Positions 46,592 through 60,426 of a stretch of DNA of 64,000 nt are shown here, one piece after another (position 1 is the first letter of the stretch; every line of letters begins with the position of its first letter). The notes under the pieces are model-generated. The model was not told the origin of the DNA, did no database searches, and worked only from the letters and a program-made list of their open reading frames with translations. The position numbers and the translations under genes were made by a program. This DNA comes from Lepidodermella squamata. Its lineage: Eukaryota; Animalia; Gastrotricha. Location of the stretch: positions 1,488,001-1,552,000 of the forward strand of contig JBLDXI010000042.1 of assembly GCA_047495785.1 (NCBI GenBank). The letters run 5' to 3'.

Positions 46592-49500
46592 ATGAAACCA
46601 GACTCCATTCTGCTTTTGATCGTTTCAATTTTTTTCACGGCCACGTTTGCCTTAGAGCAGTGTACTTGGAATGCAACGAAAAGTTCAAATAATTTCTATA
46701 CGAAGTCTGGCAGTAGAGGCTTGTCCTACCTTTCGTCGAAATCGAACTTCCAACCAAGCACCAATTTGGTAGTGCCATACGGCACAACCGTCAGTCTCTC
46801 GTGCGAGTTTGGTACACAAGGAGTAGTCATATTCGATATATCCGGTCGATGCTTGGAAAACGGATGGTGGAGCAATGACGTCGCTTGTTCGGGTGAGGCA
46901 TTTTCTTGCTAGTTTCAGCGATGTAATTTCCTCTGCCATTGCAGCTGATACTGTCAAACAGCAAGGCAGCGATTGCAGCTGGGACCAATCGTTGAAGTTA
47001 TACGGGTACAGAACAAGCACAAATTCCGAAAAAACATGGTCGTCATTATCTAGCCGTGTCACGAATACCGATGAGCACACTGTGGTCCGCGTTCACATCT
47101 GCTCGTACGGTTCGTACCGGCAAACCACGTGTTTGAACGGCAAGTTTCTACCGGATCCTAAAGGATTTGCCTGCGACAAGACGGACCTATTCAGTCAGTC
47201 AAAATTAGTTGCCTTTTGGCCACTAGGCTCAGACACACGCTTGTTAGCCCTCACCCCGAATACGCCCAGTTTCCAAGCATTTGGGAACGCGGCATTCGTA
47301 GCTCCGAACGTTAAACCGCCCGAGTCTGGTTACATTGTTCGGAGCAATAACAACAGCTTTCTATCCGCAACTGGAGTTACAGGTGTCGGTGGACGTGTAT
47401 GGTCGTTTTGCCTCAATTTCAAATCAGCAGACGGGCCATTGATCACTATTCAGACGCCGGACGGTAAGCCGGTTGAAGTCTACGCAAGTGGCACGAAATA
47501 TATTGTGCAGAAAGGGTTACCCAGTTTTTCTATCACTTCGAGCAAATCCAAACCTGACATGTGGCAGTTCATACTGGTGGTTATTAAGGATAAAGCGTTG
47601 ACCATCTTACTTCTGAATGATTTCGCCTCGCTCATCAAGGAATATTCAACTACAGCTTTTTCGGGCTTATCAGCGAAGAGTAATATCAGCATCCACCTCG
47701 GGAAAATGGGGTAAAAGTTCAGTTTTTATTCTCTTTATTTAAAAAAATTTTTTATTCTAATTTATCAAAATATCAAGATTAAAAATTAAAAATAAATTTT
47801 TTTTTTCGTTCGTTCATCACTGAAATTATTGTTATTCCTCTGTCCCTATTTCTAGATCAACAAACACAAGTAGCGCCATTGTCTCGTGCTTAATGATGTT
47901 CAACTCGGATCTGTCAGACTTAAATTCCGCCGAAATACTGCGAAAACACTGCAGGAACGGTGATATATTTAGCACCCGTTCAAATATTGACAATAACATT
48001 TTTTCTAGCTACATCATATCCAAATAGTGAAACTTCCGGTTGCCAGAGCTGCGATTGGACGTACGATACCCATAGATCGCTTCATCTTGCAAATACTCGT
48101 TAGTGAAATGCCATAAATACTCCGCATCGTCAATATTTACCAATCTAGGCAGTCAACTTCGAAGAGGTGGTGCGATTCTAACTGAAAACGGTCTAACGAC
48201 TCGACTCGCTTCACTAAACCAGCAAGGTGCCGTTTGGTTGTCAGAGGTAATGTCAAACTAGCGAAATTAAAATCCTTATTTACTTTAAATTAATTCGCAG
48301 CCAATCGATTCCCAGATGAAAAACTGGCTGGCCGAATTTCACGTTTCAAGTGATCGCAATTTAGGCAAATTGGAGTTTTACATCGTACCCAGCGGTAGTC
48401 CACTGGATCTCGAAAAATTTGACGCTGTGAATAGCCCGATTTGCGTCGATTATACAAAATTTCGAGGCTTTTTGTTCCATTATGTTCCGCCATCCACGTT
48501 TCACTGGTACGTAAGCTCGAATCCTATAGACATTACTAAGACGTCCCCAAAAGAGAGCAAAGCAAATGCCTCATTCTCTCCGGTTATGTTCGCTATCGAA
48601 AAAGAGGGGTCGGATTTCAGGGTATTCTCGCGGAGTGACGGGACAGCCATGAAACTCATGGAAACCAGTTTCCCAGCTTTTTCGCAATTCTCCGAGCCAC
48701 TGTACATCGGGGCAGCTGCTGATGTGGGCTATGTTACCAAGACGTTTACAACGCTACCCTACTTGTATCAGATCAAGTTTTACACCGATGGAATCTTTAC
48801 TACCACGACATCTCAAACAACAGCGTCGGCTTACCCTGCAAACTTCTCATCGACTGTAGAAAGCGATTTGATTACAGATGCTGGAGAAACTGATCTTGGT
48901 TCGGGTGATTCGACTACATCGTTTTCAACCGGAATCGAGGGAATAATTGTAACATCAATAAACAGCTCTAGTACTGGAACCACATCGCCATCGACTCGGA
49001 AGGAATCTCCTGCTACGAAAGCTAAGGTCCCGGCGATAGATCCCGGCTACCCTTACGATTTGGGGTTGTCTCTCAAGGTCTACGGCGATAACATTACGAT
49101 TCCTGATAGAAATCTTACGATATTTTCAGAGCCGTGGGATCCTCGGCTTGATCAACAGGACTCGAATGTTTTCAAAGCTCTGGCAAACTATATGCTTCCA
49201 GTTCTTGAGGATCTAGTAAACCAATCGGCTGCGGAACTTGGAGGCATCGTTCAAAGCGTGAGAATCACACGTTTCAGAAAAGGCAGCATCATTTCGGACT
49301 ACATCGTCGCATTGAGAAGTTTGACGCAATTGACAGAGGAAGAGATTGCCGAAAAGGTGAACATTGCAACGAAAAAGCTGAAGGAAAAGACGGTGGTGTT
49401 GTTGAATGGTCTCAGCTCTTCTCGCCTAGGCGAATCTACTCTGGTGAATGCCACTGGACCGCTGCTAACAACTGCGAAATCGTCCACTAGCAGCATGCCA

Positions 49501-49605
49501 AAAGCGAATGATCCAAGTTCACCGAATGAGGTGGCATCGGGGAGAAACCCGGCTAGCTCTGGCTTAGGTTGCACTATCCTGCTTTTAATTTCAATCGCTA
49601 TCTAA
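46592..49605 (+). CDS. Cell-surface protein: signal, Sushi-like, LamG-like, Ser/Thr-rich, SEA, probable GPI signal (apparent frameshift in exon 4)
   Basis: Exons 46592-46892, 46945-47710, 47856-47959, 48009-48246, 48301-49605. YGTTVSLSC..CLENGWWS; LVAFWPL; WDPRLDQQDS..ITRFRKGSIISDY (SEA); C-terminal LGCTILLLISIAI. Confidence 0.7.
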
Positions 49606-50210
49606 CATCCCAAGTCTGAACTTGACAATGAATTATTGTTGAGTTTCTGCGACCTTCGCGAATTGAAAATTGATCTAAATATTGTTCCTTTGCCGCCTCC
49701 GTGTAACCTATTGCTCTTTAACATAGAGGAGTTTTACTTCTTCGAGATCTCAAGGATAGTTTTTGCTGTCCTTTCCTAGTCTTTTGCTATGTAAGCTGAT
49801 CCATTTCAGTTCTAGCCGTATGATGGCGCATTATAATAATGTTTGACGTATCAGCCACATCTTTCCATCGTTACAGCAGTTTCATCAACAAAATCCTGAT
49901 TTACTACAGGCTAAATTTTTGAATCGCTCCCCTGGATACTACCTGCTGCCAGGTATCAGCTTCACCGCAGTTCTGCTGTCTCGGCATAATCTTCGACGAG
50001 AAACTTGGAAGCTTGTGCGATGTGCGTTGAACCTGCACGAATGAAGTTATGCTGTAAACGTTTGTTGTCGCCGGGCATTTTAAAGGTGTATTTTTTTAAT
50101 TTTGAACAAAATTAGAAGACAAATTCTCAATTTTAGACTGTACATACATTTTATTGCTTCTCTACTTCGCCATAGTTGGCGTCTTAAAAACATTCATGTT
50201 TGTCATAAAA

Positions 50211-51470
50211 CTATTCACAGTCAAACTTGAACTCGTTCGAAATCAAATGCCTGTTTGAAAGCAAAATCAGCTCATTCGATGATATAGTTATGTTTGCGAT
50301 CGGGACTTGCCAGAATAGGCAGCACAGCTGACATCGAGAATCGAGAATTCTCAGCTTGCCATCGTCTAACAAACCACTAAGAACACTTAGACATGCGATA
50401 GAACCATTCAAGTTGGCAGAAGCGACACTGAATAAAAGTACACAGACGAATAAAATTCATGGCTGCCAGCTAACAACAACTTAGATTTACCCTCCTAGTC
50501 GGAATGATGCCGTAGATGTAGCAAGAGGCGACAACATTGTGGAGTTGATCTTGCCATCGCAAGCGAGCCCCATTTCTCCAGATGCTGTCAACCACAGCGT
50601 GTAAATATGGGGATAACTATCTTGTTGTAAGCAGGTTGTTGTAAGCGTGGGGCCATTTGGACTGTTCGAGAAAGTTAATGTGGTCGCGTCGTTCTGAATG
50701 AGGCTCATCCCGACAGTTGTTAGCGCTGCGTCTGAAAACTCGAGAAGCGGAGCCGGATAGCTTAGCGGCTTGGCGTAAAGGCTAAGCACGAATGCCTGGG
50801 AGCCGAAATTTAGTTTGCTAGCAGTCATTCGAATCTGGTTACCACCGTTTAGATTGAGACCTTTATTAGCGATCCCGAACACGCTTTCCCCGGCTTCGAA
50901 CGCAGACTGGCTGGTGACTGAGGCCGCAGGAGCGATCATGTCGTTGAAGTTTGAAAAGTTAAAGGAACCGATTTATTCAACAATTTTGATCATATGGATA
51001 CTCAATGACACAAATTAGAACTTACTTGCTTCGCATAGTAAAGAAGTTGCGAAGAGTTTAACAGACTATAAAATGATGAAAAAATTCATTTCTTGAATCA
51101 GGAGGCTAAGTGACTAGCCTGCCATGGTGAAGCACACGCTTCAGCTTTAGCCACGCATTTTTAACTCAAATCAGAGCTAGCGTAGCAAAGTTTCCTCTAG
51201 AAAAGTCGATATCGCATGAGATCATTTTGCGACGTAATTATGTACCTGCTGAATCGCCACTAGACAGTCAGCGTAATTGTCAGCAAACAATGCTTTCGCC
51301 GAATAATTGCCCGACTAATTAATCATGTCTCGATCAAAATGAGTTCTCAATGAATCAAAAATAAAACCTGAGTCGTTCCAGTGGGACAGGTGCCGTAGCC
51401 TTGTGAGGAATAGTGTTATGGAGACCACACTCATGGAGAAAGCTGTTAACGCAAAATGGAAAATCAATAA
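50211..51470 (-). pseudogene. Partial decayed duplicate of micro-exon/LamG gene C (member D)
   Basis: Matches parts of 52046-55340. TAC->TAA stop at ~51162, first LamG domain missing, and a 7-bp tctcgat duplication at ~50335 frameshifts the penultimate exon. Confidence 0.8.
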
Positions 51471-52045
51471 TTCGTGGATGAGGCAAAAAATCAGCAAAAA
51501 ATGGTTATTTACAATTTATTACGCACCCTTTTTCAGCCACTCGCCATTACGCTTGTAAAAAATGCCAGTGGCAGGTAGTAGGCGCCAGTTTTCTCCGGTT
51601 TGGATGCCGATTTTACCAATTTTGAACACATTTTCAGAATCCTCAGCTCATTTCCAATCGTATCCATTTAACAAAAATTTCTAATTTCCATTAGATAGAA
51701 ATTAGAAAAAATAGAAATTTTTCCAAAACCTGCACTTTCAACGATTGTTATTGACTCCCTCGTCCGTTTTCAAAAATTCCACCTGCAGAAAAATTCCTAA
51801 AACCAGGGCTACAAATTGATGTAATTTTTGGAAAATTCCCCGAAATATAAGAAAACTGTTGAGTTTTAAAGTTTAAAATAAAATATGCCGCATACTTTAT
51901 TTCTGTATTCTTCATGAAATAACGCAACATGACGCTTCAATCTATAAGTGCTCTTCTACTTCGCCAATGTTTGTTTCTTAGTTTCAATGCAGCTAAATAA
52001 ATCATCCAGCTTGAACCAGCTTGTATGAAATAAGGATTAACGAAC

Positions 52046-55000
52046 TCAATATCCTGTTTCAAAAAAATTAACTCATGTATAGACTGGTGCAATTTTTCGA
52101 GGCTTACCAGAATAGGCAGCACAGCTGACATCGAGAATATTCAGCTTGCCTTCATCTAATAAACCAGTTACCACACTCAGGCATGCGATAGAACCATTCA
52201 GGTTGGCAGAAGCGGCACTGAATAAAAGTACACAGAGAACGCACATTTTAGAAACGTATAGAATTTATAGCCGCCGGAATCTCTAAATTTGAATTCCGGA
52301 ATTAGAATCAAAACTCGGTGTTCTAACATATATTAGAACCTTTATATATATATAGATTTTATTGTTATAAACAACAAAAGCTCGGCCGGGCCAGACAACA
52401 AAATGAGAATTTATCCCACTGTTTTGTTAATTTTGGAAGGTTCTGGGGCGCGTTTCAGTGGAAAATCTTCACAATTTTCTCGCTTCGCTCGGTTATTAGC
52501 CGATTTTTGGCAGAAACAGCAAAAAGATCTGCTCGCGGATCGAAGATCGCACCCTGAGAAGACGCAAAAAATAACAACCATCATTCACGTGAACAAGTTC
52601 AAGCTAAAAATAGAGCGGCAAAATGCAATTGTGCTGCGGCAGAATGCAAATGGAAAAGGTGTATTTCACCGTCATTTCCAAAGACCTGCTCAAACCATGT
52701 GAGCCCCAGTTTGGTGTCGACAGAACCGCTGGGCCATGGCTGATTTTGCCGCCAGACATTTTGCCCTACGACGCATCGTTGACCCGAAAACAAAGAATTT
52801 TGACAGACCAGGATTTAGATCCAAATATCGGATCTCGCAGTCTACATATTTTTGGCAGTTAAAGTGTTTAAGCTTACAATATTTTTAAAACTTCGAATCA
52901 AATCATCAAGCATCTTCGTGAAAGCAGAATAACCTGGAAATTCTAAAGATTTTCATACTTGACCGAAAATAAGTGAAAAGTGGGGTTTGGCGTTTTTTTT
53001 GTATTTTCAAGCAAATGGCAAAAGGTGTGTTGACTTGAAAAGGAACGATTCTTGGATTCCTAGATGTTGTCTTGAGGATTTCGAATTTTCAAATTTCAGA
53101 CCTCTACGATCTACGAGGCTCCCATTAGCCTTAAAATACGGAAAACCCCAGAGCAACCCTGAAAAGTGTTATTGATTCAGGTTGTCGTCGAGACACTATC
53201 GTGATTCCACCAAAAATTTTGAAAATATAGCGAGATTCCTCATCTCAGATTACCCTTAGAAACGTCAACTATGCATAAGAAAATAATATCAGAATTTATT
53301 GCGTGGGGGAATTTTAAATGATGCAATAAAACACAAAATTGTTAAGCCCGCATTTTTTGAAATTTGCATTTTTTCGCTCGGATACTTTGAAGCCTATTTT
53401 CTCACCAACCCTGATGGATATCAACCCCTTTTTATACTGTTCGACTCCTCATTAATCGATCTTGAGAGTGGCATCAAAATCTCACTATGTCAGAAATTTC
53501 GCCAAACGCCAAACCCTACTTTTCACTTATTTTTGGTCATTTCACATTAAATTTCATAGTTCAAAGGACTTGGAAACTATCATCTTTTACCTTCCAAGTC
53601 GGAATGATGCCGTAGACGTAGCAAGAGGTGGAAAACTTGAATAGTAGACATTACCATCGCAAGCGAGTCCCAATTCCCCGGAAGGTTTCAACGAGAGCGT
53701 GTAAAAATGCGGATAATCTTCTTGTTCAAAGCACGGCGCTGTGAGCGTGGGGCCATTTGGACTGTTCGAGAAAGTAAGCGTGCTGGCGTCGTTCTGAACC
53801 AGGCTCATTCCAACAGTTGTAAGCGCTGGGTTTGAAAACTCGAAAAGCGGAGCCGGGAAGCTAAGCGGCTTCGCGTAAAAGCTTAGAACGAATGACTGTG
53901 AGCCGAAATTGAACTTGCTAGCAGTCATTCGAATCTGGTTTCCGCTGTTTAGATTAAGGCCTTTATTAGCGACCCCGAACACGCTTTCCCCGACTTGGAA
54001 CGGCGACTGGCTAATGACTGCGGCTTGAGGAGCGATGATATCGTCAAAGTTTGTTGCCAGAGGAAAATGAGCAACGAGTCCGTTGACTGCGGTCGCGATA
54101 TTCTCCTGATCAATTGGATGCCCGGCGTGAACTTGATAGCACTTTCTCCGCAGCTTGCGCAAATTTTCACGTGGGATGACGGCTTTGTGCACAGATAAGC
54201 AGGACAAAAGAATGTTTGAGGACGCTGAGTTTTTGCCGAGCTGGAGAGACGTGATCGGAGCTGTGGGTGCTGTTTTATTCAGGCCATCAGCTAGACTGCT
54301 GGCGATATCACCGCAGAACAAGTATTGCGTACGAGTTGATTCTTCGTAGGTCAAGACAACGTGACGCCAACCCCAGTCTGAGAAACAGTTAACGCTAGCT
54401 CGAGTACCTACAGGACGGAATAATTAGAATGTAATTAAATTAATTAGATCTTCAACTTGCCGTCAATTCGGATAATAGTAACCGTTTTGTCATCGCTATT
54501 GTAAGTGAGAGTAAGTTGGAGGCTTTCGCTCGAGTCGTACATCTCAACTACAGGGATTTCATCTGATCCACCGTAATCAACTCGGAAAAAAATTGAAACG
54601 GTGTAACCTGTCGATAAGGTACCAACAGCGGAGGTGGGGATCTTGAGATAACCGGCGGTATTTAAGAACAATATCGCCGATTGGAAAAAGCCATATGGCC
54701 CAACGCCTAACCAAGAGCTTGCTCCAATGACTTGGGCGGAGACTGGATTCGGCCCGATGTCATTCAGGTTGCGGTACAGCGGCCAGTATCCAGCTTCGAG
54801 GGGAAGGCCCTGAACGGCATCTGTTTATTTTATCGAGAGAAATTATTAATTGACTGTTACAATAAGAAAAGAAGCGTAATATTTGATGTATGGACTGGAC
54901 TCGAGGCTATTTGGATAGACTTAATGAGAAAAAATGAAACTAACTTGCTTCGCATAGTGAAGAAGTGGCGAAGAGTTTAAGCGGCTTGAAAATGATAAAA

Positions 55001-58000
55001 CGGGCAATAGTTTTCTTTTTTTTACATCAAGCGATGTAGTGACGCACCTGCCATGGTGAAGCACACGGGTCATCTTTAGCCACGCATTTGTAGCTCAAAT
55101 CAGAGCTATCGTAGCAAAGTTTCCTCTGGAAAAATCAAAAACCAAATTTTCACCGAGAGATCATTTTATGAAAATTACCTGCTGAATCGCCACTAGACAG
55201 TCAGCGTAATTTCCAGCAAAAAGAGCTTGAGACGAATAATTACCCGACTAATTAATTATATCACGTCAAAATTTACTCTCAAGCAATCGAAAATCAAACC
55301 TGATTAGTTCCAGTGGGGCATGTGCCGTAGCATGTCGTAAAAGATGTGTTGCTCGAGAAGCAATCTACGGCAACCTATCCAAAATGCAAAACAAAACACT
55401 ACAGCAGGCTTCGAAAAATCGAAGTAGAGATACAACCTACAAGCTAAGCGGGTCCTGTCTCCATTTAGACATAAAATAAATTTCATTTAAAAGCTCGAGA
55501 TTGGCAATAGTGTTGGATTACGAGAATTTTGTATTCATTTCGATATTTTTTAATATTATTCATAAAATTCCAGAAATTAAGGAAAATGCTTTATTGGGCA
55601 AACTAAAATGCTAAAACTTGGATTCCACTAAAAGCAATAACCTAAACTAGATCCGATAACAGAAAATGGCTAACCCCCGATAAGCAGGAATCTTCGGACG
55701 CGAATTCTGAGTTATCACCCAACTGCAACAACGGCATAAAATCATTGAACAATCGGGTGCATGTAGAAAGGACAAACGTTAGTCGATGAATTTTTGCAGG
55801 ACGTGTAGCAGCCCACGAATTTGTTGGCGGGGTCAATGCATCGCAGGTATGTCGCTATTTTTAAATGTTAACAATCTTTCACGTTACTCGAACCTTTATG
55901 ACTCACGCCCTGAGCACTTTCGGAACGAATCAAAGCTGCCAGAGATGGGTGTCTGAGAAGATACAGCGTAGTAACAGCATAGTAACAAATTATGTTTACC
56001 GTGTTGTTTGGGCAGTTTGCAGATTCAGCGACGCAAATTACAAGTGAATTTGTTGAATTTACGCATTGCTTATGCTTCCCCTGTAGCGAACATTTTTTTA
56101 GCTTGATATTTCTTTGGACTAGCTAGCTTGAGTTACCTGTGTGATATTGATGCACAGCTGAAGATTACTGCTGAGCAAGGTCGAGTTAGAACCAACTATT
56201 CCAAGCTGTTTAATAATTATAGAGAATAAAATTGAAAATTCATAGCCAGTAATTTTTCTCAGGACTCTTTTCCAAATGAATTAACTAAACTCATAATAAT
56301 GATAACTCACGTCAAATTTTCCATCGCCAGCTGGGCAATTCTCTGCGCAGCTACCTCCATTTCCGGCATCGTAGCAGAGTCTGACAGACTAAATATTCAA
56401 TTTTCAAATACATAGGTATTTATTTATGTTATGTTAAGTGAAACCTACCTCGATTTCGCAGGCAGATTTTGTTGGGTAGACAGTCGGGCTTAAAGTCTAT
56501 AGCGCGACAAATTTGAACATTCGACGACTTGAGATCGAAAAATTGAAGCTCACATCACCGCCATTGCAATTCAACGGAGCTTTGACGCAACCAGAAAACG
56601 ATGGCTTGGTCCAATCGAAGCACCGACGGTGAGGGTACATATCAGGCGAGGCTGGAGAGACTCAAAATTACTGGAGTCTCAATCATTAAACTATAAGTAA
56701 ACCTGTTTTGCAATCAGCCAGAGAGTTGGAAGTAAAACCAGCTACGCTGCCATTTGGGCAAGAAGCGCCATCTGAGGCCGGTTTGCATTTAACGAAAGCA
56801 AATGTTGTCGAGTCGACGCAAAGCGTGTGAGGTTGCTTTAAAAAATGAATGAATTGATGAAATCAATGTAACCCGTTCAATGTACAAACCTGAGAGATAA
56901 GACATTCAGCGTAGTTGCTGGCAAAATCCGACGCCGAGTTGAAATTCGATACCTGTGAAGATTTGCAAATATTTCAGGCGAAAAGGACCAGTTTGCATTG
57001 ATTTGTTTTTCAATTTTCGATTTTTGTGCATTGTCTAGTACCGTTATAATACACACATAACGAGCTGGTAAAGAGAAAATTTAGATTTGAAAATAACCAA
57101 ACGCGTTATGGCACTTAATTTAGAGCTGGAGCCTCAATTTTAGTGTTACGATCTCTGCAATCAATTATACTTAGATTAACTCACAGAAGTGAAGCTTGGC
57201 GACGGACAATTATTCCGGCAAACAGGTCCAGTCGATGAAGAGCAAAGCGCTGCAGGCTGTAAGGACAAAACTTCAAATTGTTTCCACTTAAGCTAGCAAA
57301 AGAACGCACCCCTTTAATGCAATGCGCTTTGTCGATGTAGGAACTAGTGCTAAACGCCTAGAATAAGGACAGACTTAGAACAGAGCGAATTAATGACGTT
57401 ATAGTTTCACGTTGGTCAGGTAGGTTGAATCGCAAGCCGTTGATTGGCAGCCATTGAATGATTGATTGCTCGTGGTAAAACAGCGGTATTGAGTCTTGAA
57501 GTCATCAGCATTTCGAACAACTAAAAAATACGGAAATCGATCAGTACATTGTCGAGTAGCTGACATGATTAACTCACTTGCCAGCTGTGAGTAGCATTGC
57601 TCAATGGTTGTCACGGTTCGAATATAAGTCTATTATAAAATAAGCATGAATAAAATTAAATAAACTGAAATCGATTAAAAAATTGAAAAATTAAAAAATT
57701 TAGATAAAAAAATTTAGAAATTACAAAAATTATAGGTAATTAATTAACAATTTGGAAACATATCAAGGTGGATAAGTTGAATTCAGAATTCAGAGACACT
57801 GGAAAAAAATCAGCAGCGAAAAATGACAAAAATTACTCACAAAATTGGTCGGGCAGGAAGCATTAAACGCAACACACACACGTTGGCCGCTGTTATCGCA
57901 CAGGTTGGCAGGGCGGGTCTGTGTGGGCCAAGAAATCTCAAGTGGAATTAGTAGAATTAGTTAAACGGACCATGAATTTCTTGATATCGGCGCGGCATTC

Positions 58001-58477
58001 GTCGTATTTCGAAGAGAAGAGCTCGCCAATGTAATCGTAGGCCTGGGCGGAATTATTGAGCACAGTCAAGTAATTAATTTCTCACTAGAAACTCACTAGG
58101 ACTTCATCGGAGGAACAGCCAGCATTTCTAGGAATGCATCGCATGCTGAGCTGCTTGTAGTTGTAACAGCTTCGAACCGACTGGAAAAAATAGGAGCACA
58201 TCACGATAAACAGACGGAAAATGTCATGAAATTACCCCGGATGCGCATGCCGAATAACTAGGCAGAGCATAACCTATCTGAGAAATCAATCAACTGCAAT
58301 AAAAATCGAAGAGATGATGACTCATTTTATTACCCAAACTTCATCGAGGTATGAGCAATCGGTTTTACAGCCAGCGAATGAGTCATTGAGACGAGAGAAA
58401 CACCGTTTGAATGTTCCTTGAGTTTCGCAAAGACTGATTATAGACAAGGCCAGCCAAAGACCAAGCAATTTCTTCAT
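52046..58477 (-). CDS. Secreted micro-exon Cys-rich repeat protein with two LamG/ConA-like domains (family member C, >20 exons)
   Basis: ATG 58477 MKKLLGLWLALSIISLCETQGTFKRCFSRLNDSFAGCKTDC. Exon series collinear with gene B, plus extra exons at ~55300-56950; LamG exons 54461-54820 and ~53591-54407; terminal exons ~52108-52217 and 52046-52053. Confidence 0.8.
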
Positions 58478-59541
58478 GGCTAGCGTTTAATATGAATTGA
58501 AAAATAATGAAAAACTAAAATGTTAATGAATGGCGGTGGGAAAAATTATTGACCGTGAATCCGTACGCGTGGCGCCTTGTTGACCAGCCTGGTTCCACCG
58601 ATTTCATTCAAACTTGGATGACGCGTGCCATTATTATTTTTCACCCCCTATTATTTTTCACTCTTTCAAAGCGACTTCCAGTGGCAATTTACGATATGGA
58701 ATTTTTTTATAAATATATTAGGCCAGCATAAAAAAGCAAATTTTTTGTTGACTCATTCACTTTTCCTCATCTGGTAAATAAAAACCGGGTCATCTACTGG
58801 CTTATCAAATGTTTCGACACAAAAGCGGCATTTTTGGCTTTGTCGTTTTACCTCGACAATATGTCGTGACTGCGGGATTGGAGAAATGAAAACGTGTCTC
58901 CACCGGGAAGCGGGAAGGATTATGAGTAGCTGCTATTTGGCCAGCCTTTTTTGTTCCGAAATGTCGACCGTTTGCAGAAATTTAGCACTTTGATTCCAGT
59001 AATATCAGGAAAATGCGAGAAAAAAGTTTCCTGACCTGAATACGAACCCTCGTCTCTCACATTACGGAGGATTGGAAATGCCATGATAAGGGTTGCATTT
59101 TTTGAGTTCCTGAAATTCAGAAGCGTGTAAATTAAATCATAAAAAAATGTAAACGGGGGATAATCCTGGCAGGCAATCGAAACGTGACAGGCGGGGTTCA
59201 GATTGTTCCTACAGCCATTGACTTCGTAGATGAGAGAAAAGCTCGATCAGGTGAGGGGTAAGGGGTTTGGGGCCAATATGTATATTCAATAAAAATTCGA
59301 CAAAAGCGCGGGCAAATTGGTGCCTTTTATTAATTTGCAATTTGTGGAGAGAAATCATCCGTAATTTCAGATTGAAAAGGATCAATAATATGCTCAAAAC
59401 AGCTAAAAAAACCATTGAAAATTCTTCTAACTTTCATTTATTGAGTACTAGAACAGAGACTAACATTAATTGAGGTCATCACACGCAGAATTTGAGGCCT
59501 GTACTGATTGAATTGTCTTTCAATCGAATGTAACCAGCATT

Positions 59542-60426
59542 CTAGCATGATCGTGTTTTACACACAGCACCACGTGATTTCAGCAGCTCAACAACTTGGC
59601 CACGCTTCATTTTAACCGCACGGTCCAACGCTGTATTTCCGTTGTTTGCTATTGCGTTGATATCCGCACCGCGATCTATAAGCAGTCTCACTATGTCGAT
59701 GTAGCCGTGATTGGCCGCAGTTATCAACGGCGTGGTACCCTTACTCGTTCTCACATCCGTTCTCGCTCCCCGGTTGAGCAGAAGCCTCACAACGGCCGCA
59801 TGATTGTTGTTAGCAGCTGACTGCAACGCTGTGTGTTGGCCGGGTTCAGTCTTCCTGTTGATATCTGCTCCGTGAGCAAGTAACAATTCGACAATTTTTA
59901 GGTGGTTAGCTCCAGCCGCAGATATCAGCGGCGTTTCGCCGTTGTCCAACCCTCCGTTAGCCTCTGCTCCATTCTCGAGTAACAGCTCGACCATAGAAGT
60001 CAGATTACCAGCAGCCGCGTAGTACAAAGCCGTTTGGCCCTGATTATTCTTGATGTTGATATCCGCCCCGTAATCCAGCAGAAGCTTCACGAGATCACGA
60101 TGTTCGTTACCCACCGCATGATGAAGGGCTGTATTTCCATATTCGCTCTCTTTGCTATTCGCGTCAGCTTGGCGGTCGAGCAAGAGCCGGGCTATTTCAA
60201 CGCGTTCGACCAGCTTGGATTCGCAGTTGGTGACGCGATGTAGCAGAGTGAAGTTGCGAATGGTATACGTGCATGTTTCGTCTTTGATAGGTTCGCGCAA
60301 ATCTGGGTCGAAATTGCGGCTGGTTGCTGCGTCGATTTCGCCGATTAGTTGCAGTACCTTGGCCAACTCAGCATCGAAACAGGCCTGGCCGAGTTGCTTG
60401 TACAGCTCAAGCAAAGCAGCTAGAGT
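59542..60426 (-). CDS. Ankyrin-repeat protein, terminal exon (start not located)
   Basis: About 7 repeats (GNTALHHA, GQTALYYA, GETPLISA, HTALQSA, GTTPLITA, GNTALDRA); acceptor tttttctag at ~60427. Confidence 0.85.
   Translation of the reverse strand, partial: TLAALLELYKQLGQACFDAELAKVLQLIGEIDAATSRNFDPDLREPIKDETCTYTIRNFTLLHRVTNCESKLVERVEIARLLLDRQADANSKESEYGNTALHHAVGNEHRDLVKLLLDYGADINIKNNQGQTALYYAAAGNLTSMVELLLENGAEANGGLDNGETPLISAAGANHLKIVELLLAHGADINRKTEPGQHTALQSAANNNHAAVVRLLLNRGARTDVRTSKGTTPLITAANHGYIDIVRLLIDRGADINAIANNGNTALDRAVKMKRGQVVELLKSRGAVCKTRSC

Noticed and set aside
49690-50060. Possible minus-strand exon pair
   Set aside because: Stops interrupt the frames and I recognised no homology.
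59025-59075. tRNA or tRNA-derived SINE head (minus-strand ggttcgtattc, B-box-like)
   Set aside because: No convincing cloverleaf or A box by eye; it would need tRNAscan-SE.
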